NCBI RefSeq assembly: GCF_001194135.2
Contig: NC_068986.1
Location: forward strand, 5,459,344 to 5,505,441
Reading direction: 5' to 3'
DNA from: Octopus bimaculoides
Lineage: Eukaryota
DNA length: 46,098 nt
Of this stretch, positions 21,821-34,442 are shown one piece after another. The translations under genes were made by a program, and so were the position numbers. Numbering within the stretch: the stretch's first letter is position 1; the number at the start of each line of letters is the position of its first letter. The notes beneath the pieces were generated by a model that did no database searches, was not told where the DNA came from, and was given only the letters and a program-made list of their open reading frames with translations.

Positions 21821-22959
21821 GTAAGATTATATGAATATACTGTGAAAGATAATGGAAATCTAGTATTGAAATGTATGTTTATGAAATTGTTTTAATATAG
21901 TCACAATAATCTGAATCAAAAAGATATGCTGTTAGTGAAAAAAGTATGGGTTTTATCTCATCATTAACACTATACTGTGTCCACAACCAACCCTCTTAAC
22001 TCTCAAATGCACCTAACTATAATAGATTCCATTAGTTGATAAACTTATTACCTTAAATTGTGGGTTGACAGTGTGATTGATAATTAGCATGTAAAGTTGA
22101 TTTAAAATTCTACCATATATATTGCTTAGGAAAAGAAGAGCTCTGATAGGTTGGCTAATTCTAGATACACTATATAAAACTGAAATCTTCAATAATGTCC
22201 CAACAATTCATTGAGTTATGGAATAACTAATAAATGATCATATGTTACATGTGCTGTTTGGAGATTTTTCTGTACTTTTCATTATTTCTAACTATAATTC
22301 TATCACTTGTCCATTACATGTGATAATAATGTAAGCAACTGTGAAGATCAAATATCCAACTATCGGCCACTGAGTTTTAAGTTGAAAATTTACATCTGCT
22401 TTTTATGTTGGCATGGGTTGGATGGCTCTTCACAGCCCAAGTTGGTTCTTTATCCAGATACCCTATAAGACAGATTGAAAGACAACATCTTGTTTGTACA
22501 ATTCAACCAAGCCAAAGATGAAACATATGAATGAGGCATAATCCTTCAATCCATCTCGGAGGGCAAGAACTCTGAATAAAGAATTAACTTGGACTTTGAT
22601 GATCTGTCCAACCCATGTCAGTTTGGAAAGTAGACAGCTGAGAACCTCTCTGCAATCATTTGACTAACAAGAGATAAATAAATCTCCCTCAATCATAGAT
22701 CTTCTTGATCAGGGCCAATCTGTCACTACATTTGTGAATCATCTGGTTTCAAGGCAGAGATCACATGAGTTTTGCAATTTTGAAAATATAGGTTCCAATG
22801 TAGTAATCATTAAAGTGAACAAAGGATCTAACCTTCAACACAACTGTTTTATTTTTCTGCAACAAGACACTATTTTGTAAGAGTTGTTCAATATCAGAGA
22901 AAGTCATGTTAGACAAATCAGTTGATGTTAATTCATTAACAAGTTTTTCACTGTTACAG

Positions 22960-23016
22960 GAATCAGCCATGGCTAAGTTAGTTGCCTCAGAAGCTGCAAC
23001 TGCTGTTAGTCACCAG
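22960..23016 (+). CDS. ACADS: ACADS exon 11 (ESAMAKLVASEAATAVSHQ)
   Basis: ttacag| and |gtaagt; 57 nt; AMAKLxASEAA motif. Confidence 0.96.
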
Positions 23017-23202
23017 GTAAGTTATAACTTATTGATTTCAATAAAAAAAAAATGTTAATTACTTTGAAATTAAGTTTGTTCTTTCACTCTTTTCTGTCAC
23101 TGGTCTGTAGCCATGCTAGGGCATAGACTTCAAAGGTTTTAGTCAAGCATATTGACCCTCCCCCTCAATATTTATTTTAGTTTGGTATTCATTTTTATAG
23201 AT

Positions 23203-23310
23203 CTCCAGCCTGATGAAGGCTGGAGGGTATATCAGCCGAAACGTTGTGTTAGCAACAAACAAGATGAGGACAAATATCCATCAATTGTAAATAATGTAAA
23301 TAATGTACTC
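23203..23310 (+). ncRNA. Minimal hammerhead-ribozyme-like motif with PLE-like tail, in the last ACADS intron
   Basis: CTGATGA (23210-23216); stem II GGCTG/CAGCC; GAAA (23238-23241); palindrome AACGTT; tail ending in GTAAATAAT x2. Stem I is weak. Confidence 0.55.
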
Positions 23311-23582
23311 TTACTTAGAGTTTCATACTTGGATATATCCAAGCCATTTACAAATGATATGACAACATGTTATTCATGTAAATCAGAAGGGACATATATG
23401 AGCTGTTCGTATAAATCCTGACTTCTCTGAATAGCTTGGTACTATCTGATCTGTTGATTGCTTGGGTATATCCAAGTATGAAACATTGAGTAACAGTGTT
23501 TTAGGCTATTATAAACTGACCCATCTTTTCGCTTATCATGGATACACCTCTGCCCTTTCTTCTTGCACCTGCCCCACTCCCA

Positions 23583-23945
23583 ACTGCATGGCTGTGTGGT
23601 AAGAAGTTTGCTTCCCAACCACATGGTTCTGGGTTCAGTCCCATTGCATGGCACTTTGGGTAAGTGTCTTCTACCATAGCCTCAGGCCTACCAAAGCCTT
23701 GTGGGTGGATTTGTTTGACTGAAACTGAAAGAAACTTGTTGTATATATGTGTGTGTCTATGTTTGTCCCTCACCACTGCTTGACCACCAGTTTTGGTGTG
23801 TTTATGTCAGTAAAAGAGACTGATAGGATAAGTCCCAGGCTTAAAAGATAAGTCCTAGGATTGGTTCATTTGACTACAATTTCTCAAGGCAATACCCTAA
23901 CATGACCATGGTCTAATGACTGAAACAAGTAAAAGAATAAAAGAA
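23583..23945 (+). mobile_element. tRNA-derived SINE (GCATGGCTGTGTGG family), near full length
   Basis: Head GCATGGCTGTGTGGTAAGAAGTTTGCTTCCCAACCACATGGTTCTGGGTTCAGTCCC; tail GAAACAAGTAAAAGAATAAAAGAATA. Confidence 0.85.
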
Positions 23946-24349
23946 TATCCCCTCACCAGAAAATTCTATAGACCTCCTGACTTCTCCACTCTGATCCTAC
24001 CATCCTCCCCCCTTCCCTCAACCTACCACCCCTTTCCTTCAAAATGCCAGAAGCCTACACAGCTTTCTGACTTGTAGCTCCCATCCATCCCCCTGTGTTG
24101 CTCACACTGGATCCTTCACTTGCTCCAGGCCTGGTTACCAAACCTGTCTGTTCATCACCAATAACACCTTCCTCACAGGATCCAACTACTGCACTGTACT
24201 TAACTCCTTCTCCTGTGCCTTCACCAATGTTATCTGTTCTATCAAATGTACTCTTTGTGGGGTGTTATACTTTAGCCAATCTGGTCACCATCTAACTGAC
24301 CGGTTCACTAAGCACATCCATCTCTGGAAGCATACTCCCATTTCCCATC

Positions 24350-24866
24350 ATTTCTGCTCAGTGAAACATTCCATAAGACCTGTTGAGGCAAGTGAAATCG
24401 AAATCGAACTAAATTCAACGACTGGCGCCCATGCCAACGTCGTCTCCTTCATTGGACACTAAACTCAGCTTGCAAAGACTTATTAGGGCAAGCGAAAGCG
24501 AAATTGGGATGGCACCTGTGCCCAGCGTCGCCTTTCTGGCACTTGTGCCCGCAGCATGTGTAAGGACTTTCGAGCAAGATCGTTGCCAGTGCCCCTGGAC
24601 TGGCTCTTGTGCGGGTGGCACATAAAATACACCATTTTGAGCGTGGCCATTGCCAGTACCGCCTGACTGGCCTTCGTGCGGGTGACACGTAAAAGCACCT
24701 ACTACACTCTCGGAGTGGTTGGCGTTAGGAAGGGCATCCAGCTGTAGAAACTCTGCCAAATCAGATTGGAGCTTGGTGTAGCCTTCGGGTTCCACCAGTC
24801 CTCAATCAAATCGTCCAACCCATGCTAGCATGGAAAGCGGACGTTAAACGATGATGATGATGATCT
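24350..24866 (+). mobile_element. Young, long copy of the RTE-tail SINE/LINE family
   Basis: CpG-rich; ends CCATGCTAGCATGGAAAGCGGACGTTAAAC(GAT)n; near-identical to 27751-27950. Confidence 0.85.
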
Positions 24867-25271
24867 TACTGTATTTAGTTTGGCCTTGCACAATGAATCT
24901 GTAACCTCTAGACTTTTGCAAGAAAGTTTCATCTTCTCACTACAGGTTCATATGCTATCAGGCCTCAACTCACCACCCACCTTCTTGTAACAACTCCCCA
25001 TGCTATGCATCCCCCGCCCCCACATACATCAAATATATGACACACCCTTAGTCTCATGCGCATGCATGCAGCCAATCTCAACCCAGCAAACACCCTCACA
25101 CATGGACATAATTCCAAAGTGTGTGTGCCAAACACGCATTTTACTGGGTTAACTTTGAAATAGGACTGCAAACGCTGACAAAGTCGAGTCAGATGTTGAT
25201 GATGAAGTTCAACAGTAGCACTGGCGATAAGAAGGTTATCTACACACACACACACATACATACATAATAAT

Positions 25272-25500
25272 TTAATGAACACAGTATATATTTTTATGAG
25301 CTACTAATAGTTTCATGTAATGAAAACAACACAGACAATATTATATAACACATCTGGTGCCTTCATGCAATCTTCAGGCTGCATTCACATAGCATATACA
25401 TGATTGCATGAAGGTACCAGATGTGTTATAAAATGCTGCCTTTGTCATTTTCATTGTATGAAGCTATTAGTAGTTCATAAAAATATATCATGTTCATTAA
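25272..25500. repeat. Long imperfect inverted repeat (fold-back/MITE-like), arms about 100 bp, 29-nt spacer
   Basis: Left arm 25272-25372 pairs with right arm 25402-25500; inner match ATAACACATCTGGTRCCTTCATGCAATC. Confidence 0.9.
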
Positions 25501-25632
25501 TAACATTTATCTCTCACCAGATGAAGTACTTTTTTTATTGATCTTACCTTCATGACACCGTATACTATAATATATGTGTGTGTGTGTGTGTGTGTGTGTA
25601 TCTATATATATATATTTTGTTGTTTGTTGCAG

Positions 25633-25794
25633 GCAATCCAAGTTCTTGGAGGAATGGGATATGTTTCTGATATGCCTGCAGAACGCCATTATAGAGATGC
25701 AAGAATTACTGAAATCTATGAAGGAACAAGTGAAATTCAACGTCTTGTTATTGCCGGAAGCCTAATCAAAGAATATCAGCAGATGAATCTTTGA
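25633..25794 (+). CDS. ACADS: ACADS exon 12, terminal ([53 protein letters not shown])
   Basis: ttgcag| acceptor; near-identical to the SCAD C-terminus, including the catalytic Glu in [10 protein letters not shown]; TGA at 25792-25794. Confidence 0.98.
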   Translation, partial: AIQVLGGMGYVSDMPAERHYRDARITEIYEGTSEIQRLVIAGSLIKEYQQMNL

Positions 25795-25855
25795 ATCTTT
25801 ACTGCAGAACAACAACTAATAGACTAATGATCTGTGGTAACATTAATATTTTTCC

Positions 25856-25861
25856 AATAAA
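25856..25861 (+). terminator. Candidate polyadenylation signal AATAAA of ACADS
   Basis: First AATAAA after the stop, about 60 nt downstream; AT-rich context makes chance occurrence possible. Confidence 0.5.
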
Positions 25862-26143
25862 ATAAGAAACAATTTAACCAAAGATTTCAATTTAATTGAT
25901 AGGAGTAAAAAATGGGCATTTGATATTGCAATTGTACATTTTAACAATGAGTATTTCAGAGAGAAAAACGTTTAGTTCTTTGAGTGGCACACTGATATGA
26001 AGACAAAATGAGTGTGAAGTTAAGGTGCTGGACTACTAACAACTTGACCAAAGGTTCCAATCTTATGATTGTTATTGTATTATGTCTCTGAGCAAGGGAC
26101 TTAACCACTGCCTGTTCAAACTTACCTGTCAAAACAAAAAATG

Positions 26144-26243
26144 NNNNNNNNNNNNNNNNNNNNNNNNNNNNNNNNNNNNNNNNNNNNNNNNNNNNNNNNN
26201 NNNNNNNNNNNNNNNNNNNNNNNNNNNNNNNNNNNNNNNNNNN
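26144..26243. other. Assembly gap (100 N)
   Basis: Ns in the sequence. Confidence 1.
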
Positions 26244-26827
26244 ACAGCTCCCCATACCATTACAGAGATACCACCATGTTTCAAAGTTGGTTGTAGTGGT
26301 TTCAAATCAAATTCTTGATTGGGAAGCCTCCAGACCCAAACACGTCCACTGTCTGAAAATAATGCAAATCTGGATTCATCTGAGAAAATCACTCTACCCC
26401 AAAATGAACTGTATTTTTCTGACATCTCTTTAGCCCATTTCTTTCTTTTCATGATATTAATTGGTTGAAGGAGAAGTTTTCTTCTAGCTGTTCATCCATA
26501 ATACCCAAGCTTATGCAGATACATAACACACGTTATTGGACTAACTTCTAGCTGTTTTGCAATAGTGGAAGCCTTCGAACAGGGCTCATTTTCCACAATT
26601 CTCTTCAAACAGCAAAGCTTCCTTTCCGAGGACTCAGGTCGGGCAGAACAAGAATCTGTTGATTCTTTTCCTTGGCTTTTGAATTGCACTATAATTCTAT
26701 TAACAGTAGCAGGAGAAATTTGGAGATTTTCAGCAATTTTTCGCTGGCTAAGACCAACCTCAGATTGCCCAACAATACGAACTCTTTGAAAATCTGACAG
26801 TTCTGTGGAATTTTTTGTTCGTGGCAT
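26244..26827 (-). mobile_element. Tc1-family transposase pseudogene (HTH plus first part of the DDE domain)
   Basis: [35 protein letters not shown] (HTH)...[15 protein letters not shown]...VIFSDESRF...[12 protein letters not shown]. Both ORF-track pieces are in the same frame, split by one TGA (26492-26494); the C-terminus runs into the gap. Confidence 0.9.
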
Positions 26828-26992
26828 AGTTACTCTTCGTAAATGTTTAATATAATGGCACCTGGAATGAAAAGCAATAATTACATTGTAAATTCTACAC
26901 CGCTGAAAACATATTAAGGCACTCAGATCAGAAATTATGAAACTGAAAGATGTCTATTTACTTCCTGCATGTCTGTGTGTGTATATATATAT

Positions 26993-27750
26993 NNNNNNNN
27001 NNNNNNNNNNNNNNNNNNNNNNNNNNNNNNNNNNNNNNNNNNNNNNNNNNNNNNNNNNNNNNNNNNNNNNNNNNNNNNNNNNNNNNNNNNNNNNNNNNNN
27101 NNNNNNNNNNNNNNNNNNNNNNNNNNNNNNNNNNNNNNNNNNNNNNNNNNNNNNNNNNNNNNNNNNNNNNNNNNNNNNNNNNNNNNNNNNNNNNNNNNNN
27201 NNNNNNNNNNNNNNNNNNNNNNNNNNNNNNNNNNNNNNNNNNNNNNNNNNNNNNNNNNNNNNNNNNNNNNNNNNNNNNNNNNNNNNNNNNNNNNNNNNNN
27301 NNNNNNNNNNNNNNNNNNNNNNNNNNNNNNNNNNNNNNNNNNNNNNNNNNNNNNNNNNNNNNNNNNNNNNNNNNNNNNNNNNNNNNNNNNNNNNNNNNNN
27401 NNNNNNNNNNNNNNNNNNNNNNNNNNNNNNNNNNNNNNNNNNNNNNNNNNNNNNNNNNNNNNNNNNNNNNNNNNNNNNNNNNNNNNNNNNNNNNNNNNNN
27501 NNNNNNNNNNNNNNNNNNNNNNNNNNNNNNNNNNNNNNNNNNNNNNNNNNNNNNNNNNNNNNNNNNNNNNNNNNNNNNNNNNNNNNNNNNNNNNNNNNNN
27601 NNNNNNNNNNNNNNNNNNNNNNNNNNNNNNNNNNNNNNNNNNNNNNNNNNNNNNNNNNNNNNNNNNNNNNNNNNNNNNNNNNNNNNNNNNNNNNNNNNNN
27701 NNNNNNNNNNNNNNNNNNNNNNNNNNNNNNNNNNNNNNNNNNNNNNNNNN
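26993..27750. other. Assembly gap (N run)
   Basis: Ns in the sequence. Confidence 1.
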
Positions 27751-27950
27751 NGCGTGGCCGTTTTCGTGCGGGTGACACGTAAAAGCACCCACTACACTCT
27801 CTGAGTGGTTGGCGTTAGGAAGTGCATCCAGCTGTAGAAACTCTGCCAAATTAGATTGGAGCCTGGTGTTGCCATCCGGTTTCACCAGTCCTCAGTCAAA
27901 TCGTCCAATCCATGCTAGCATGGAAAGCGGACGTTAAACGATGATGATGA
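27751..27950 (+). mobile_element. Young RTE-tail SINE/LINE family copy (5' part in the gap)
   Basis: Near-identical to 24672-24866. Confidence 0.85.
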
Positions 27951-27992
27951 TATATATATGTATGTATATGTATATATATATGTATTTATATA

Positions 27993-28037
<45 letters not shown>

Positions 28038-29019
28038 GTGTGTGTGTGTGTACACCACAGAATCCAGAAAACCAGCCTAATGAGCCTGTGGCTCAAGAAG
28101 GACCTTTGATACTCACACATACACATATAGTCCAAGCCATGCTAGCATGGAAACAGACATAAAATGGTAATGATGATGATAACAGAAGTCATGTCACACA
28201 TTTACAGATAAAGGAAAGTATTAACTATATAAAGACATGAAGAAATTGATATAAAGTTAAATAGGGAAATTATACATGTTTATTCACGCATTTACTTATA
28301 TTTGAAAAATTAATGATAATCAAAAATTGATTATGGTTGATGAAATCTTTATAAATTCTTAATTGGAAGTTTTTCTCTTTCACGCTTGGTTCTCTAGTTT
28401 AATTACTGGCAAATAAGCATGTAAAATTTTCAAATATCTGTGATTAACTAATTTCTATTGAAATTTGATTATACTGAAAATAAAACATTTTAAGAGCATT
28501 TATTTTGTTATTATAAAAATCTTCATAAAATTTGTTAGTTTTTCTACTTTAGATCTGTAATATAATGACCACTTGATTTATTTATTAATTTTCATTCATT
28601 GTTGAACCAGAGTTTATTCAATCATAATCTTATCTTTTTCAATATAGTCTATAGACAGTACCAACTAATAAACTATTTATGCTATCTTTAGGGTTATTTA
28701 GTTCATGCTTAGGAGAAAAGGAAGACAAATCAATATTTGCAGAAAACAGCTACACAAATATCTAGACATGTTAGCACCTGCTTAACTACATAGAAATGCC
28801 TAGTTAATAAACTAGTATAACATCTCATAAAACTTTAGGTTGCCAAGTTTAAGTTTTATATTAGAAAAGAAAACTACATTTATACATTATTATTATTATG
28901 CTTGAGAGGACTGGCTACTAAGACTGTTTTTGCTTTTCTTTACTCTATTTCCTTCCTTATTCACACCATTCATTTTACTTTAGTTTAGTATGTCATTTGT
29001 TGCATCTTTTATCTTTTAC

Positions 29020-29415
29020 TTGTCTCAGTGATTAGACTGCGGCCATGCTGGGGCACCACCTTGAAGAATTTTTAGTCAAATTGAATCGACCCCAGAACTC
29101 ATTTTTTAAAGCCTGGTATTTATTCTGTCGGTCGCTTTGGCTGAACTTCTAAGTTACAGGGATGTAAATAAACCAACACTGGCTGTCAAAAGGTGGTGGG
29201 GTGGGGGACAAACACAAGGATACACACACACACACATGGACACTCATATACACACGACAGGCTTCTTTGAATTTCAAACTACCAAATTCACTCACAAGGC
29301 TTTGGTTGGCCTGGGGCTATAGAAAACACTTGCCCAAGGTGCCATACAGTGGGATTGAACCCTGAATCATGTGATTAGAAAGCAAACTTCTTACCACACA
29401 GCCATACCTGTACCT
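29020..29415 (-). mobile_element. tRNA-derived SINE (GCATGGCTGTGTGG family), full length
   Basis: Reverse complement of 23583-23945. Confidence 0.8.
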
Positions 29416-29823
29416 GTGTAATTAAAATATGTACTAAGATTTAAAATTGCTTTATAGAAATTAAATTTTTCTAATAGATTTCTGTGGGGTAACAGTGGTC
29501 TGTCTCCCTCCTCACCACGGAGTCTCTTTACTTAGAGTTCTCCACTCTCAAGGAAAACTACTCATATGGATTCATAGATTTTATTCCATTGCTGACATTG
29601 TGATGTGTTCTTTAACAATACATGTAACTTTATGCACCTTGAGTTGCCTTGATCTAAAAGAAAAAAGCACCAATAGTCTGGAATAGAATTATTGTTCTTC
29701 TGAGCAAATAGCCCTCACCACCCACCAAGCCATCTTCTGAGCATTATGGAGGAACACGGGCCACTTCATGAATTGATAACAAGACATCTTGGTGGTTTAC
29801 AGGCTGGTGAAAAAATAGGTTAA

Positions 29824-30030
29824 CACTTTAGGATTTAAACCAGCCATATCAAGCTCAAATATTCTACATACTTAATGTTCAAACAGTGGAGATCCAGCCT
29901 CTCACACCTACCCTACAATGTCATTCTAAAACTAAACAATCACTTTATTGAAATCTAAAAGCTACAAGATAATGCAAGATTAATTTTTAAATTTGTGAAT
30001 AAATAAGCATTATGTTTGAATGCTAAAGGG
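29824..30030. mobile_element. TTAA-flanked MITE (piggyBac-like termini)
   Basis: TTAA|CACTTTAGGATTT ... AATGCTAAAGGG|TTAA; siblings at about 3175-3400 and 45048-45140. Confidence 0.75.
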
Positions 30031-30645
30031 TTAAAGAAATAAGCAAAAATACAGAAGGGTTCAATTAAGCCCAGTTATTATGAAGATTGATGAATTTAAT
30101 GTTTAGGGCTTTTGTCCTTCTTGTGAGCAAGACAGAGAAATTGGTTTTGGTAAGTATATAGAAAGGGGTTAAAATAAAAGAATGAAGAGTGAGGAACGGA
30201 ATGAAAAAAGAGGAGGGTAAGTGAGGAAGAAAAAGTTATAATTGGAGAGGTGAGGTAGCAGAAAGTGCCAATGCAGAAGGAGGAGCTGGTGTTCAAGAAG
30301 GAAATGGTGAGAGGAGGGGATAAATGATATGCAAAGAGATGATGGGGAAGGGGTGTAATATGTAAACAAATGGGTACAGATCACTAACACTCAGCTATTA
30401 AGATATTTAAGTAAAAGATACACATAGGTGGGAGGAAGGTCACAAAGCAGTTGGAAGAAGATTAGAATTAGAGAAAGAAGATAGAAAGAACTTAAAGTTT
30501 CAAGCAAAGGTCACTAAACAATTAGAATTTAAAATTTCTTTAAAATCAATCTTCAGTTTTAGGATATATTAAATTATACAACATATAACATGGTAAACTA
30601 AGGTTAAATAAATGGTGAGTATGAAAGTGATAGGGAGGAAAGGAA

Positions 30646-31497
<852 letters not shown>

Positions 31498-31500
<3 letters not shown>

Positions 31501-31539
31501 TTGTGATACCCTTAAAGCCTTTTGTGATACCCTTAAAGC
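31498..31539. repeat. Perfect 21-bp tandem duplication CTTTTGTGATACCCTTAAAGC x2
   Basis: Direct reading, at the end of the PLE terminal repeat. Confidence 0.9.
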
Positions 31540-32503
31540 CAGAAATATTTCAGCACCCCTCGTATACATACATACACATATATTTAGCGGCTATGGCTTA
31601 CTAAATATATGTAGTTTCAGAGAAGCATGGGATAGAAGATTATGAAATATAAAGTCACGGTTGTTAATGAGTTTTGGTTATTTCTGTATGAGGAATTCTA
31701 CAGCACAGAATTAGGTGAATGAATACTGCACCCACATCTGATATACTGCTGCTGTTATACATATAAATATCTTAAAGTGCATTTCTTAGAATCTCCCCAA
31801 CTGATTGGCATGAAGTCATTCACCAACACATCCCAGTTCTGGCCATAAGTGTATCTCTTTGCTATGTTTTTCTATCACTACTATAGTGGCTTCTATTCCT
31901 TGGAGCCACTTAGTATTGTGTTCTAAATCACTTGTTTCTCCTCTCATCATTTATACTGTGTCCTTCTCCAGGCCCTGCATTAACCACTATGCTTTGAATG
32001 TCAACTCTCTAGAATTGCCACCCTGCCTATGGTCACTTTCTCTCTCTCTCTCTTTTTTTTGTTTTCTTGTTTTTTTTTTCATCAGCTATTAATCAGCAGT
32101 TATTTGACAGAAACATAAGCTGCATTGATCTCATCAATTTCAGATCTGTAACGTTCAAGTCACAGCATCCCTTCTCCAGATAAAACCACCATTACAAACA
32201 GTATATTGAACTACTACATAGTAACCTGAAGATTATAATGTAGACCCTTGAGCATGGTATGGCTACATTTGTTTTACTGTCCATCTGTTTATATATAATT
32301 TAAGATCTTAAGTGCTTGCAGTGGGACTTAGATGTACATGATGCCCAATAGTATTCACTTTTTAATCTAGAACCAATGCTTAGGACAGAGTGTAGCAATC
32401 ATTGTAAATATACAATAAAAAGACAGTGTTGAAGAAATAATTGTATCTTGGAGAAAATTGTCTGTGTACAACCAAATAGCAGGTTCAGTAGTATAGCATG
32501 AAG

Positions 32504-32733
32504 GCAGTGAGCTGGCAGAAACGTTAGTATGCCGGGCGAAATGTTTAGTGGTATTTCGTCTGTCTTTACGTACTGAGTTCAAATTTCGCTGAGGTCGACT
32601 TTGCCTTTCATCCTTTCGGGGTCGATAAATTAAGTACCAGTTACGAACTGGGGTCGATGTAATCAACTTAATCCCTTTGTCTGTCCTTGTTTGTCCCCTC
32701 TATGTTTAGCCCCTTGTGGGCAATAAAGAAATA
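32504..32733 (+). mobile_element. Young SINE (GAGCTGGCAGAAACGTTAG family)
   Basis: Near-identical to 2376-2622; CpGs retained. Confidence 0.85.
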
Positions 32734-32949
32734 AGGGGTGCCGTCCACCACAGGTGATGCTTTTATGGGAGCAGCACTTTTGAGCCTGCAATATGAGAGG
32801 TGGGGGTGGGCATTGAACTCAAGGGCTGTTCTGGATGGCACACGCTTTAGCTATGCCACTGTTCAGTGCTTAATTATAATTATGAACAATATTATACAAG
32901 AGAGCCACTGAGCATTAACAACCCAGTTCTATTATCTATACATACATAT

Positions 32950-33415
32950 ATATAATTCTTTCTACTATTGGCACAGAGCCTGAAATTTTGGAGGATGAGG
33001 ATTGGTCAATTATATTGACTCCAGTACTTGGAGCCCTATGCTCTTTATAGGGTAATGTAGACTAACCAACCATCCAGTTATAACTGGTATTTATTTTATC
33101 GACCCTGAAAGGATGATAGGCATAGTCAACCTCAGTAGTATTTGAACTCAGTAATAATAATCCTTTCTACTGTAAACACAAGGCCTGGAATTTGGGGAAA
33201 TGGGTTAGGTCGATTACATCGATCCCAGTACTCAACTGCTACTTATTTAATCAACCCTGAAAGGCAAAGGTTTCAAATTTTAGCACAAGGCCAGTAATTT
33301 CAGGGGAGGGGCTAAGTCAATTAAATCGACCCCAGTATTTCACTGGTACTTATTTCATTGACCCCCAAAAGGATGAAAGGCAAAGTCAACCTCAGCAGAA
33401 TTTGAATTCATGAAG
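32950..33415 (-). mobile_element. Cluster of three tandem partial SINE copies of the same family
   Basis: Repeated GGCCTGAAATTT...TCGACCCCAGT...CTGGTACTTATT...ACCCYGAAAGGATGAAAGGC blocks. Confidence 0.7.
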
Positions 33416-33832
33416 TATAGACAGATGAAAAGCTGCAACTGTTTTTTATTCAAGTTGTAAGAATAGAGGAGACAGAAAGCTGTTATACAAGTAAAGGAAG
33501 GCAGTAATGATGGCAGAAATGCATGTAGAGTACACAAGACAAAAACAAGTGGGGGATAAAAAGCAGAAAAGTGTGCAAAGTTAGTCAAAAATAGAGTCAG
33601 TAGATTTTTGGAAACAGAGTACTGCAATAGTTTCCCATACTCTTTTACTCCTTACTCCTTTACTTGTTTCAGTCGTTTGACTGCGGCCATGCTGGAGCAC
33701 CGCCCTTAGTCGAGCAAATCAACCCAAGGACTTATCCTTTGTAAGCCTAGTACTTATTCTATCAGACTCTTTTGCCAAACCGCTATCGGTTGTCAAACAA
33801 TGTTGGGGGGACAAACACAGACACACAAACGT

Positions 33833-33878
<46 letters not shown>

Positions 33879-33928
33879 ACTTGGGGATGGTCATATTGCC
33901 AGTTTAGCCAATAAAAACACACGCACTG

Positions 33929-34262
33929 NNNNNNNNNNNNNNNNNNNNNNNNNNNNNNNNNNNNNNNNNNNNNNNNNNNNNNNNNNNNNNNNNNNNNNNN
34001 NNNNNNNNNNNNNNNNNNNNNNNNNNNNNNNNNNNNNNNNNNNNNNNNNNNNNNNNNNNNNNNNNNNNNNNNNNNNNNNNNNNNNNNNNNNNNNNNNNNN
34101 NNNNNNNNNNNNNNNNNNNNNNNNNNNNNNNNNNNNNNNNNNNNNNNNNNNNNNNNNNNNNNNNNNNNNNNNNNNNNNNNNNNNNNNNNNNNNNNNNNNN
34201 NNNNNNNNNNNNNNNNNNNNNNNNNNNNNNNNNNNNNNNNNNNNNNNNNNNNNNNNNNNNNN
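33929..34262. other. Assembly gap (N run)
   Basis: Ns in the sequence. Confidence 1.
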
Positions 34263-34399
34263 CTATCTGTTTTCCTATGTGTTCGTTCTGTGGTCTGTAG
34301 TTCATTGTTCTAACGTCCTGTACCCTGATATGCATCTATATACACATGTAGATGTAAGTATGTACATATATGTGTGTATACATGCATATATATTCTTTG

Positions 34400-34442
<43 letters not shown>

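Noticed and set aside
24415-24795. Several overlapping ORFs, e.g. MEPEGYTKLQSDLAEFLQLDALPNANHSES
   Set aside because: They lie in a GC-rich SINE/LINE tail, and the same peptide recurs at 27885, so they are repeat-derived.
26896-26923. TA-CACCGCTGAAAACATATTAAGGCACT as the Tc1 terminal repeat
   Set aside because: It faces away from the adjacent transposase and has no visible partner; it cannot be assigned with gaps on both sides.
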